Assembly (NCBI RefSeq): GCF_009914755.1 | Contig: NC_060930.1 | Length of the DNA stretch: 64,000 bases | Strand: one strand, 5' to 3' | From: the human T2T-CHM13v2.0 reference genome, Homo sapiens | In this document: one piece after another, positions 50,166 to 64,000 of the stretch | Layout: each line of letters opens with the position of its first letter | How positions within the stretch are numbered: position 1 is the first letter of the stretch | Notes under the pieces: generated by a model | Seen by the model: only the letters and a program-made list of their open reading frames with translations | The model's database searches: none | Told to the model about the DNA's origin: nothing | Program-made: the position numbers and the translations under genes

Positions 50166-50915
50166 TGGAACTGCCCTATGTGTTCTTCTTGCCTGCTGCA
50201 TAGATAGAGCCAATTTACTGAGACAGCATTACTGCAATACAGAAAGAGTTTAATAAATGCAGAGCCAGCTAACAGGAGACTGGAGTTTTATTGCTCAAAT
50301 CAGTCTCCCCAAAAATTCAGAGACCAGGCTTTTTTAAGGATAATTTGGTGGGCAGGAACTAGGGAGTGGGGAATGCTGATTGGTCAGGTAAGGGATGAAA
50401 TAATAGGCTGTTGAAGTGGGTTTTCCTTGCTGTCTTCCGTTTCCGAGTGGGATCACAGAACTAGCTGAGCCAGTTTACTGGTCAGGGTGGTGCCAGCTGG
50501 TCCATCAGAATGGGGGGACTGACTGAAACATATCTCTAACACCAATCTTAGGTTTTCAATAGTGATGTTATTCATAGGAGCAACTGGGGAGGTTGGGAAT
50601 CTTATGGCCTCTGGCTACATGATGCCTGAGCCATGATTTGTAATCTGTAGCTACTTTGTTAGTTTTACAAAGGTGCGCTGGTCCCCAAGCCAGGAGGGGG
50701 TTTGTTTTGGGAACGTGCTGTTCTCATCTTTGTTTCAAAGTTAAACTATAAACTCAATTCCTCCCATAGTTAGTTCAACCTACACCCAGGAATGAACAAG
50801 GACACCTTGGCGGTTAAAAGCAAGATGGAGTCAGTTAGGTCAGATTTCTTTCACTGTTGTCATTTTCCTATGTCAGATTTTTCTCACTGTCATAATTTTT
50901 GCAAAGCCGGTTTTA
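50166..50915 (-). mobile_element. LTR8-like solo LTR
   Basis: Shares GTTAAACTATAAACT..CCCAGGAATGAACAAGGACA..TCATAATTTTTGCAAAG with the LTR at 28561; flanks GGAG/GAAG. Confidence 0.8.
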
Positions 50916-52152
50916 GAAGAATCAGGGACTCAGGCTGACTCTAACAGGAGTATGATTTTGTGTCAGAGAAGAGGGCAGTTATAGAGGAATGTTCCAGAGG
51001 GAGAGGGAATGGAATGTGTAAAATGAACTTCTCTGTCTATTCTAATAAAAGGAGGGCTAGCCAGAAAGAAAGAGAACCAGAGGGAAAGAGCAAGGACAAC
51101 CTACAGAAGCTTCTCCTTTAAGACCATGTATGAAACAATGAATAAAGCCCTCATCCACGCTGGCAGATGCTTAACAAGGTCAGTTTCTCTTCCCTTTAAG
51201 GATAATAATTTAAAAATAATCATACCATCTAGTAATTATATTTTACCTCTATTTAATCTTTAAAAGATCAGAATTAGGTTTCCTTTCCGTACTTCACAAA
51301 TAAGCAGCACATCTGGCCAGCTCCCAAGAATTCGTCAAGGGTTATAAACATTGCATGGGCTGGACTAATTGTGGCTACTTTCATTCTCTCTGATAAGTTT
51401 CATTTCCTTCCCTGAAACTTCATGAACTTCCTTTGGGGTATAGCTAATGAAACCATGTGGGATGGGCTGAGACCTTTATCATCTTCAGACATTTGTGTTA
51501 AATTGAATATTGTGATGTATCTTTTATGGTCAGCCTTATCACATGCTAGCTCAAGGAGAACAGTTGCTAGCTCAGTTCGAGGCTGCAGAAAAATGGAAGA
51601 GAATGAAAGATGATTCTTGCCTTTGTGCAGTTAGCATTCTAGTTTGAAAATACAAACACAATGCACATAATGTAACATGTGACTACAAATCTGTAACTAC
51701 CATGCATTGAGCAACTACTATGGGACAGACATTGTGCTTACATAAACACACACACTTTAATTCTCACAAAAACCAGGGAGGAGATAGGGTTAACCCCCCC
51801 TCCTGCCCCCACCCCTTTTATGAGAAAACTGAGACTTAGAGAAATTGACTCCCCTAAGGTCACCTAGCTAGACAGTGGTGGAACCAGGTTTCAAACTCAG
51901 GCAGAGATGTTCCAGGACAAAAGCAGCTTCAGTGAATAGTTGTAGCAAGTTTTAAGGACTGAGAAATTTATATTGAATTTTTCTGCGGCCTTAGGCAAGT
52001 TATTTCATTTATAGAAGCCTCGTTTTTCCTTATCTGTGAAATGGCTCTTTCTTCATTGGGTTGTTCTGAGAGTGAATGAGATGATGCATGAAGCCCGGCA
52101 GCACATTTCAAATGTATAATAAAAGGTCGGTAAGGTCAATAAGTGAATCAAT

Positions 52153-52201
52153 GAACTCACATCACTGGTAACCCCTCGAACTCACATCACTGGTAACCCT
52201 C
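52153..52201. repeat. 25/24-bp tandem duplication
   Basis: GAACTCACATCACTGGTAACCC(C)TC present twice. Confidence 0.9.
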
Positions 52202-52585
52202 AGAGGGGACTCAGGCTCCTCAAATCTCAGGATCTGCGTCGACTACAGACCTCACTGTTTTTCTTAAACAAAAATCCTGAAATCCAGGCTGGGCGCAGTG
52301 GCTCACGCCAGTAGTCCCAACACTGGGAAGCTGAGGCGGGAGGATTGCTTGAACCCAGTAGTTCAAGACCAGCCTGGGCAACACAGTGAGACCTTGTCTC
52401 TTAACAACAAGTCCAAAGGGAATCATGGCCTCCACAATCCCAGTACAGCTAAACAGTTAACTGCCCACGTTCTTTTCCTTAATTCTATACAACCTCCCTG
52501 GGGTTTCTGGTTCTTTGGCAAGTGAGAGACGTGCTCCTCAACACTGGGTGAGCACACCGGGCTTGAATTTTAAAAAAGGAGAATC

Positions 52586-52855
52586 CGCCGGGCACGGTGG
52601 CTCACGCCTGTAATCCCAGCACTTTGGGAGGCCGAGGCAGGCGGATCACTTGAGGTCAGGGGCTCGAGACCAGCTTGGGCAATATGGTGAAACCCCGCCT
52701 CTAGGAAATAATTTTTAAAATAAGCTGGGTGTGGCGGCGTGCGCCTGTACTCGAGGAGGCTGAGGCATGAGAATCGTTTGAGCCCAGGAAGTCGAGGCTG
52801 CGATGAGCGGCGATAGCGCCACTCACTCCAGCCTGAGCGACAGTGAGACTGTCTC

Positions 52856-52882
<27 letters not shown>
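52586..52882 (+). mobile_element. CpG-rich Alu immediately upstream of the GMPR promoter
   Basis: Dimer retaining many CpGs; long A tail. Confidence 0.88.
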
Positions 52883-52887
<5 letters not shown>

Positions 52888-52949
52888 AGCTCTCAGGGAG
52901 CGACTTTTCCCTTGGATAAGGCAGCCACACGCTAAGTCCCCTCTCCATC

Positions 52950-53860
52950 GGGGACCCTGGGGACAAACAGAACGGTGCGCATTTCCCTCCCCCGTCCCCA
53001 TTCGGTCACTGCCACGGGCTGTACACCTGAGGGGGAAGGACGGGGGCGGCGGCGCGAGGAGGAAGGGCTTCGCCGCCAATCTGTCCCTAACCAGTCTGCC
53101 TCTCAACCCCTGCCTGAGGCGGAGGCGGTGCCCGGGGCGGGCCAAGCGTGACCGCGGGTCGGCGGGGCGTGTTTAAGACCGCGGCGTGCGCACCCGGCCC
53201 ACGCCAGCTCCCGGCCGCGGCACAGCAGCCCCGGCGCTCCCCGCGCCGCCCCGCGCAGGCGCCCCCGCCCCGCCGTCGCCGCCGCCGCAGCCAGGAGCCG
53301 CTGCACCATGCCCCGCATAGATGCGGACCTCAAGCTCGACTTCAAGGATGTCCTGCTCCGACCTAAGCGGAGCAGCCTCAAGAGCCGAGCCGAGGTGGGG
53401 GACGTTCGGAAGTCGCAGTGGGGTGGGATTTTTTTTTCCGGGTGGCGCGGGGCAAGTGGGTGGAAGGGGGTGGCACCGGGTTACCCTGCCTGCTTTGGTG
53501 TTTGAGACTGGGGCGCTGCGCCCCCGTTCCCGCGCCCCAGCACCTGCCAGGACGTGAGGTGTCTTTAAGGGCGGTGATACGGGGGCCCATGAAATTCTCT
53601 ACACGTCGGTTCCGTTGGGTGGCCTAGGGGAAGTTCACAGTGAAACTCGACCACAGATGAGCGAGATCCAGTGGCCAGTTGGTTTAGAAGGAATAGGGGT
53701 ACGAGGGCGCTTATAGCAAGAAAAGGAAACTGGAGCTAGGGGAGAGAGGACGAGAAAAACAACTGCAGATCCCGGTGATTTTTGGCTGCGTCTCCTAGTG
53801 CTGATAATTGCTGCTGCTTTCGCTTCGGGTCCAGCGGTGGAACTTCGTGAACGCGTCTGA
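52950..53860 (+). promoter_or_regulatory. GMPR: GMPR CpG-island promoter / 5' UTR
   Basis: Very high GC and CpG density; GC boxes GGGGCGG (~53043, 53134) and GGGGCGT (53164); TATA-like TTTAAGA at ~53172; Kozak-like GCACCATG. Confidence 0.88.
53308..53394 (+). CDS. GMPR: GMP reductase 1, coding exon 1 (aa 1-29)
   Basis: MPRIDADLKLDFKDVLLRPKRSSLKSRAE is the GMPR N-terminus (GMPR2 begins MPHIDNDVK); donor GAG|GTGGGG, phase 0. Confidence 0.97.
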
Positions 53861-54866
53861 AAAACCAGAACCCAGGGCACAAGTTCAGGGTTTCCTTTCT
53901 GAGTTTGGCGGCCTTGCTGGCAGTGGGGCTTGGGGACTCAGCGGTACTGGACAGCCCGCGGTCCCAGCCTAGCCCTGGAGAAGAGTTTCGAAAGCTTTGG
54001 GGTGAGAGAGGTGGGGGCGAATTGGAAGCCTCGGGCATTTCCCTGGTTCTGCCTGGATGTCCTCAAATCCTAAGGAACAGGTGGAGACCGGACTGGAAAT
54101 AGCCTGAGGCTGGGGGAAGGGAGGCCAGTCCCTGAAGGATAAACTAGTTGCCTGAAAGGCAGAGTGCCCCGGGGTGGTGTGCGCTGGTGACTGGCTTTGC
54201 TGAGAGCTGGAGAGGAAGGTGAGGAAACCGGACACGGTTGAAGGCTGGGGCTGAAGGAGTAAACACGAGGAGGCTGGGCCAACCTGCACAGCTCCGTCCA
54301 CTCAGCTCCACAAACAAGACCATAAATAAATCCCCTCAGCAAAGAAGTCCGCTGCCCACTCCGGTGCCAGGCCTAACTGCAGTGCCTGGGGCTGCCAGCC
54401 GAGGGCTTGCTTGGATTGGGGAAGCCTCCGCGTTAGCCAATGACTAAACCAAGTGGCCTTCTGTAAGCAGCAGCATTGGCTGGTTTGGAGCCCGGCAGGA
54501 CTGGAGGACGTAGGGGAGGAATGATTAAAACTTATCGCCCCAGATTGGGTGACCCTGTGCCTGTCCCTCATGACCTTTCAGGTGCTAAAGAGGGGGCCTC
54601 TCTTGGAACAAAAACAGTTTGGAGGGCAGGCCTGGGCCTCTGGAAGCATGAGCTGTAGCCAATTCCTAAGGCAAGACCAAGATGAAATAGGGGGATTCTG
54701 GATGTGCTAATAATTTGGTGGCCTCAATATTCTTTAAATATTCAAAATGTATTTAGAAGAGAGAAACTCATTTTTCAGAAAATTGGATGTTCAAAACAAA
54801 GATATACCTATTTTCTGAACCAGAAAACATGTTGAGAAGGTAAAATATTGAACATTAATGTAATAG

Positions 54867-55293
<427 letters not shown>

Positions 55294-56346
55294 CTATCAC
55301 ATCATGCGACAATGTCATGCAACACTTGGCTTCATAATTTGGGCAGATTGTAACTAATGTTCCAGTTTGGGATAGCATCTTTGCAATCTTCATGTACACA
55401 TTGCAGTGAGAACTCAGTGCCCTTGAGGAGTCTCTTTTGTATTTTTATGTTCGTGGGAGTTTGCCAGCCACGGGCCTGGAGACTCAGGTTAACCAGCATT
55501 GCCTTTCTAATCGGTTGCCGTGATGGTTTAGCTCCCTGATGCGTGAGGCTGCTGCCTGGCTGGCCACCCCCATGATCTGACTTTACTTGCCTCGGTGGCG
55601 TTGAGGGATCTAGTTAGGCCTCCCTAATCCCCTCTCAATGTTTTCTCAGTTTGCTTGTTGATGCCTGAAATTTTTCACAGGCAGATAAAAACTTTTCCTT
55701 GCACAATCAGAAGCTTAAAATATGTGCATCCTGGCAGAAGTAATATCTGGAGGCAAATTGGAAACTGAAGGGTAGATGACCGACATTGAGCCTAACAGCA
55801 GATTTGTACAGAGCCAGGAAAGAGAACGTACACCCTGGGAGTAGAGTCTGGCTGAGGGAGGAGGGTTTTGACAGCTGATGATGGGCTTATCCTCGTGACA
55901 GTTTTGCTAAGAGCCAGGCCCAGCAATGGATCATCAGGCTATAGCAGGAAACGGACAGTAAGAGTGATCTCCCCCTCAGAAGCTTCAGGACTCCTGCAAG
56001 GACATTTCCACCAGCCTTCCATAAATGAACATGAATGAGATGAATCTGAGGTCACCTCTGAGAGGCAAAGAATACAGGTAGCAGTGGCCCAGGTGGCCTT
56101 CGCCTGGATTCTCCAGGGAGGCATTCATCTCTCAAATGTCCAGCCCCTGGCATGGAAGAATAAAGCGCCACAGGGTCATGTGGGGACATTTGGATAATCT
56201 TTTTCTGAGAAGTGATGAGTTTGTGGATTGAGACAAGACCTTTGTTTTCATCTGTTACGCTGGGGAGCCTGCATTCTCCCTGAGTGTTTTCTTCCTTAGT
56301 ACCCATTTCTGGCTCTAACATTCTACTCTAGTCCTTAAGCTAGTAA

Positions 56347-56652
<306 letters not shown>

Positions 56653-56972
56653 GATAAGAATTAAAACAAAAACAAAAAATAAACCCCTAAAAAACTTATT
56701 AATAAATTATCAGGCATTGAAGAGAATCGCAGCAAATTACTCATTTTGTTTAAGGACAGAGAAGACACAACAGATGTTCAGTCTGCTTAAAACTTCATAG
56801 CAGTTTTTTCCCCAGCAGTCCCGTGAGAAGAGTTCTGGTCTAGCTTTCACCGTCTGCTACTGGTTGGCCTGAGGGGGATGAGAACATGGCAGAGTGGCTG
56901 GGAGGAAGGATACCTGTGTTTTAGTCCAAGCTCTGTCACTAATTACTTTTTTTTTTTTTTTTAACCTTTGCC

Positions 56973-57714
<742 letters not shown>

Positions 57715-58822
57715 GACAGCCTTTGTAAATTTTGGTTTGGAAAATTAAAGAGTTTGGCGCTGTTCTGAGTCATGAATGCGTTAGAATCGCCTGGGGAAAC
57801 ACTCCAAAATACACATAATATGTCCAGCACAAAGGTGGTGATTCATGAAGTTTGAGGCAGCTGGAGCACGAGTATTTTGGAACCAGTTCTAAGAGGATTC
57901 TGATGTGTACCCGGGTGTGCTGGACCAGCCTCTGAAGCCCTTTCCATTTGTGGAACCCTGCGGCTCTCTGGTAGCACTGCAGCTGGGCATGAGCTTCTCA
58001 TGAGCCTGATAACTGATGGTGAGGCTTTCAGGGCTTGGATCCACATTCAGAGGTCTGGGCTGGGGCCACCAAACACTGCAAAAGGCTGGGGGCCAGAACA
58101 CAGTATTCTTACCTTTTAGCCAGCCATTAGTTTACCCCATGCTTTTTGAGCCACTAGGACTACAAAGTTGGAAGACGTCCCTGTACTCAGACAGGTGTTA
58201 CAGCTAATGAGCGATCTATATAATAGATTATGTAATAAAATACAATATGTAAAAGAATTGCTTTACTCGGTACCATCTGTAGATCTAGGAAAAGGAGCCT
58301 CTGTCCTGGGTCCCACGTCTGCCCCCCAAATTGCATCCCTCCTCACTGGGCAGGGCCTGTGGGCTATGCTGTTCCTTAGGCCACGCTCCAAGTACTCAGG
58401 ATCCTGGATCTCCTTCCCCAAGTAACTTTGAGCTGATTCTAAGGCCTGCATGGGCCTCTTGCCCTGGTGTGTTTCCAAGGGCCACCCATGATGCTGGTGT
58501 GCTCACCTCCAACCCAGAGTGGCTAAGTGGCAGTTGTTCATGGAAAAGTACGTGGGTATGCACACAGCTTTGTGTGCTGACTGAAGGTGGGGGCCTTTTC
58601 CTCTGTGCACACATAAGGATTTGGGTGAGAAGGGAAGAGGGGTGGACTGGGGGCCAGGGCCGGCTCCCCGCTACCATGTTCTGGTGCCTTTCTGGTTGTG
58701 AATGAAATTGCTTTTTTTTTTTTTCAGGGTAGGAGGTTAGAACCTATTTTATGTAGCAGTTTGTTCATTGGACTTACCACATTGAATTATTTAGGAATGT
58801 GGTAGGTTGTCCTCTATTTGTA

Positions 58823-59123
<301 letters not shown>

Positions 59124-61454
59124 CATTTGCACTTTTGAGCCCCTGACATGTTGGGTGGCAGGACTGGCTTTAATGAAGGCCTGTTAGAGAGCAGCAGAGA
59201 TGTGTATTTGTGGGTCGGGGAGGGGACTTTGTTACTTTATGTTCCCTTTCAGGTCAGGCTTAGACAGGGAATCTAATCTATATTTGGCGTATTGGCCGGC
59301 TGTGCCAGACTAAGTGCCAAGTGTTGTTCCTGGGAGGCTGAAATATTTAAAATATTTATCTCTGCTAGTGAACAACTGGCCTGGGTTATGTGTGTGTGTC
59401 TGGGTGGATAAAGTTGGGGAAGATCATTTTATTTTTCATTCTTAGAATTAACGATGGCAAAGAGCTAGCTCATAAAAAGGACTGGAAATGAGGGGAAGCG
59501 TTTACTGTTAAGGCTGCCCTTTTCCATGAAGAGCTCTGTGTTTTGTGTCCTGCTGATAGGTTTTGGAGTGCCAAGAAAAACCCATTGTGATCTCAGCCGG
59601 GTGCAGAGTGTAGCAGCTAGCCCCATGCCTGTTGGAGGATAGAAGAGTAATTTGAGACCAAGGAATTGATTGTTTCAAGCCTGCCAAGCCAAATGTTACA
59701 GAGCCATTAGCCACACACAGGGTTGCTATGGGTAGGTCCCTTCAGTTCTCTTTCAGAATGTCACTATAAACGTGCTCCACTGAAGTAGAACCCAGAGTCA
59801 TCAGGAAGGAGGTGGAGAAAGGGACGTGCCACTGCGTAGGTTCGTGCACTTCCAGCATCTCATTTCTCCTCACTGATGGCTGTGTGAGGCCTGTGCAGTC
59901 ATGTTTATGACATCATTCACCCAGGACGCCTTCTGGACACAAAACCCGGTGTTGAGAAGCAAGAGAAATGTAAAGGCTAAAGGGCCAGAGCGGTCCCATG
60001 GTGTTTTCTGACTTAATGCTGATCGCAAAGTGAAAGTTGCCTCAAGTGAAAAAAATGAGAGGAGCATCTAGGTAAACACTGGCAGAAAATGACTCTTGCT
60101 GGTGTAATTCATGAAGCCAGGGTTAATGTAGGTCTAAGTTACTGCAGAAGCATAAGATTCATACCTGTGCTCCTCTGGCCAGTTCCCCTTGGGGAAGCAC
60201 CCACTTCTAATGTAGTTTGTGTCTATCGGAGTCCAGCCAGAGAAACAAACGATGCTGACTGTTTAAAACATGGAATTGAATGCGGGGCATTCTGACACAA
60301 CTGAGGATATTAAGGCACCCCAGAGATCAGCAACAGCGAGAAGCCACCCCTTCCTTAGGGTGAGGGTCGGAGGGAGAAGACAGTGCTCTGGAGCCCAGGA
60401 AGGGACTGGGCTTGCTTAGGGAAAGCTGGAACAAGGAATACGCAGGCCTCTCTGGTCGGAGGATCCAGGCCCGGAGGCAACCCAGCTGTTCTGGAGAAGC
60501 TGTCTAAGGCAGAGGGGTTCTGGGAGAACTACCCTGACTTCCGCCAACCTCTGCCTGCCACTGTCCTCCAGTTTCCCACCCAGTGTCCTCCATTGGCCCA
60601 TCCCAGCCAGAAATGAACTTGAGAAATGGAGCCTGTAGCAGTTAGCCTTCCTGGGATAAGAGCAGGCTGAGGATGGTGGGTGGGCAGACAGGCTGGCATC
60701 TGCCGTGGGTCAGAGAAGTAATTCGGACTCTTCTAGCTCTTGGTGAGTTCCTGGCTCTATCTAGCACGTGGCTTCTGTCAAGCCCACCCTTGTGACTGTG
60801 TTGTTCTGGATTGCCGATAGCAAGGTTAGTCCTACATGCCCCGATCTTGAAGTTGCAGGAGAATTGGAGCCCCCTGACCTCCCCACCCAGCTGCTTGCAA
60901 GTCAAAGGAACAAGTGTTGATATGCAGGAACATATGGTTGCAATGTACTTTCCACCAGCTTTTTGAAAGATCCTCATAATTAAAGCAGCCGTGGAGGGTA
61001 AAAGGCGAAGGGATTAATTGTGTGGCGCTCACTGCAGGGTGAATTTGGAGTGTGGCTCTAGGTGAAAGGTAAGAAGTGAAGGGATTGTTCCAGGAGGAGG
61101 GCCATGGTTGGCAAGGAAGAGTGGAGCAGATCCTCCCAGGAGGGGAATGGTTTCTATAGGGCTTGGAGGTGGGGCGAAGATAACATGTATGTGGGTCTTT
61201 AGGGAAGTGGATAGAAGGAGGCAGTGGGGTTGGAGAGGCTGGGAAAGTAGGAGAGAGCTTCCGATTCCGAGGCTTGTCTTGACGGCGGAATTTCCGCTCT
61301 GGTGTCTTTGGAATACCTGTCTTTGACCCCTAAGAGAATCCAGGGACCTTTGTCTTGTTCCTACTCGCTCCAAACTCCAGAAATTCTGCACATTTCACAT
61401 AAGAGCAAAGCACTCATTTCTTTCCCTTTTTCTTTCTTTTTTTTTGGCCAACAG

Positions 61455-61574
61455 GTGGATCTTGAACGCACCTTCACGTTTCGAAATTCAAAGCAGACCT
61501 ACTCAGGGATTCCCATCATCGTGGCCAACATGGACACTGTGGGCACGTTTGAGATGGCAGCCGTGATGTCACAG
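61455..61574 (+). CDS. GMPR: GMP reductase 1, coding exon 2 (aa 30-69)
   Basis: [40 protein letters not shown]; polypyrimidine tract plus CAG acceptor; donor CAG|GTGAGG; 120 nt, in frame with exon 1. Confidence 0.97.
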
Positions 61575-61941
61575 GTGAGGCGGTAGGCTTTTGTTTTTTC
61601 CCTTTGCTGCTCACACTGTGGACAGGTTATCAGGAGCCGACCCTGGCTTTATTCAGACACAAGGAAGAGTAGAAATGTGAGCTGCTTTGGGTCATTCTCT
61701 GTCTTTCCCTTCAATCAGAAAGTGGACGGTGTCTGGACTTTGGGTTCAATGAGAAGGTCTAGATCTGCATCCATTGCTTCTGTGAAAATGACTGTGATGG
61801 TTTTGGAAATTAGAGATACAAAAAGAAGCTAGACAACATGAAGAGTGCCATATTGCAGAAAAGTGACAACCCCTTTAAAATTAAGACAGAGCTGCTTTGT
61901 ATGCAGTCCGTGCTGCAGCATTTACTGTATAATTATGTTGA

Positions 61942-62304
<363 letters not shown>

Positions 62305-62561
62305 TGACGCAACTCAACAAGATAGGTTCCTTTTACAGATGAGGAAACTGAGGCAGAGAGGGGAGGGGTAGGTCACTTGCCCTAGGCCCTCAGCCAGATG
62401 TATACAGAGAGAGAATCAGGATTCCAGCTGAAACTGACTCTAGAATCTAAGGAATTTACCCCTTAACTTAAATGGATGATCACATTGAAAGCTCAAAGTC
62501 TCTTTTAGCCAACTACACCAGCCTAATTTTCTGTAAAGAGGGTAGCTAATATCCTTGCTTT

Positions 62562-62871
62562 GGCTGGGCATAGTGGCTCACACCTGTAATCCCAGGATTT
62601 GGGGAGGTGGAGGCAGGCGGATTGCTTGAGCTCAGGAGTTCAAGACCAGACTGGGCAACATGGCGAAGCATCATTTCTACAAAAAAATATGAAAATTGGC
62701 CAGGTGTGGTGGTGTGAGCCTGTAGTCCCAGCTACTCGGGAGGCTGAGGTGGGAAGATCACTTGAGCTGGGAGGCGGAGGTTGCAGTGAGCCAAGATTGC
62801 GCCACTGCACTCCAGCCTGGGTGACAGAGCAAGAAGACCCTGTCTCAAAAAAAAAAAAAAAAAAAAAAAAA
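62562..62871 (+). mobile_element. Alu (AluJ-like)
   Basis: Full dimer with A tail. Confidence 0.88.
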
Positions 62872-63778
62872 TTCATTGTATAGATCAATCTGAGAAGTAC
62901 TGTTTGTTAAAATAAAATTTAAAAAAAATTAAAAATGGTGTCCTCGCTTTGGGAAAAATAAAGGAAAACCCATTTGTGGGCAGGACATTTATGGGTGAGG
63001 TGCAGAGCGTCTTCTGCATCCTAGATGTGGAATGTCTGCTGCACTCAGGGGTTCTGTCTTTCCTGTGGATAATGCCTGCCAAGTGAAAAGATAAATCCAA
63101 TTAGTTGAGAGAGCTTCTCACTGTGGGCAGCAAGTCTGACCACAGGAGACACTGAGATTCATTATTAGCCAGTGATTCGACGGAAAATATTCTCAAATAA
63201 ATTATGAGCTCCCAAAATGGAGTAGGGGTGGTCTGTCGGATTCCGTGATCACTTGCATTGTCTGTCAGACCTCAGCCCCTACTGAGCGTTGGGCCAGAGG
63301 CTAATAAATTAATTGCTAAGGAACTGGTATTTTTTTCTCCTCACCCTTTCCCTGCTCTGCTCTGTCATCAGCCATTGCTACTAATGAATTATGTGTTAGT
63401 ATAAAAGTGAGGGGAACCAGGGAGCAGTCAAGTCTGATTAATTCACATAATAGATTATAGTCCAGGAAAAACCTAGGACTCGCTGTGCTCTTCCCATTTT
63501 CCTAGGAAGTCTCCCTGCTAACAGAATAGCATAGACTGGTGTAGCTAACCATGGGTGGCTACTGTGAATTTTCCGTTTCTAGGATCCATAGAACTAGCAC
63601 AAGTTACTAAAGTCATAGAAGTTTAGAATGAGAAGTTGTAGATGGGGACATAGGTAGCCCCAGAGAAGTTAGGTGGGAGGCTTCTGTTAAAGGGCAAGGT
63701 GTCCAATCTCCGTAGTCAGATCCAAGTTTGACTCTGGCCTTTTCCTCTTCCCCGCCATGCAGTTGTTACATTTTGTAA

Positions 63779-64000
<222 letters not shown>

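Noticed and set aside
53395-53505. Extension of the GMPR exon 1 ORF to 65 aa
   Set aside because: Read-through past the GT donor into intron 1; homology resumes only in exon 2
61302-61454. N-terminal part of the 94-aa ORF
   Set aside because: Intronic sequence and polypyrimidine tract upstream of the exon 2 acceptor

Overview
Human/primate genomic DNA containing ~53 kb of repeat-dense upstream sequence, then the CpG-island promoter and coding exons 1-2 of GMPR (GMP reductase 1, + strand; from general knowledge 6p22.3). The upstream region holds about 40 Alus, L1 fragments, LTR8-like and MLT LTRs, MER DNA transposons, a U6 retrocopy, four ERV9/LTR12-type solo LTRs and a deleted ERV3/HERV3-like provirus (38121-46434, - strand). 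Main finding: the provirus has no normal 5' LTR. In its place is a 78-bp-arm hairpin, so the element has U5 ends at both termini and still carries a perfect 4-bp target-site duplication. The fold-back point maps 30 nt from the TATA box. This reads as a genomic fossil of minus-strand strong-stop DNA self-priming during reverse transcription. Second finding: one LTR12 is inserted, inverted, inside another LTR12 (TSD GAAC), giving a divergent promoter pair 20 kb upstream of GMPR. Repeat subfamily names are from recall of consensus sequences, not from a database search, and repeat boundaries are approximate unless a TSD is cited.
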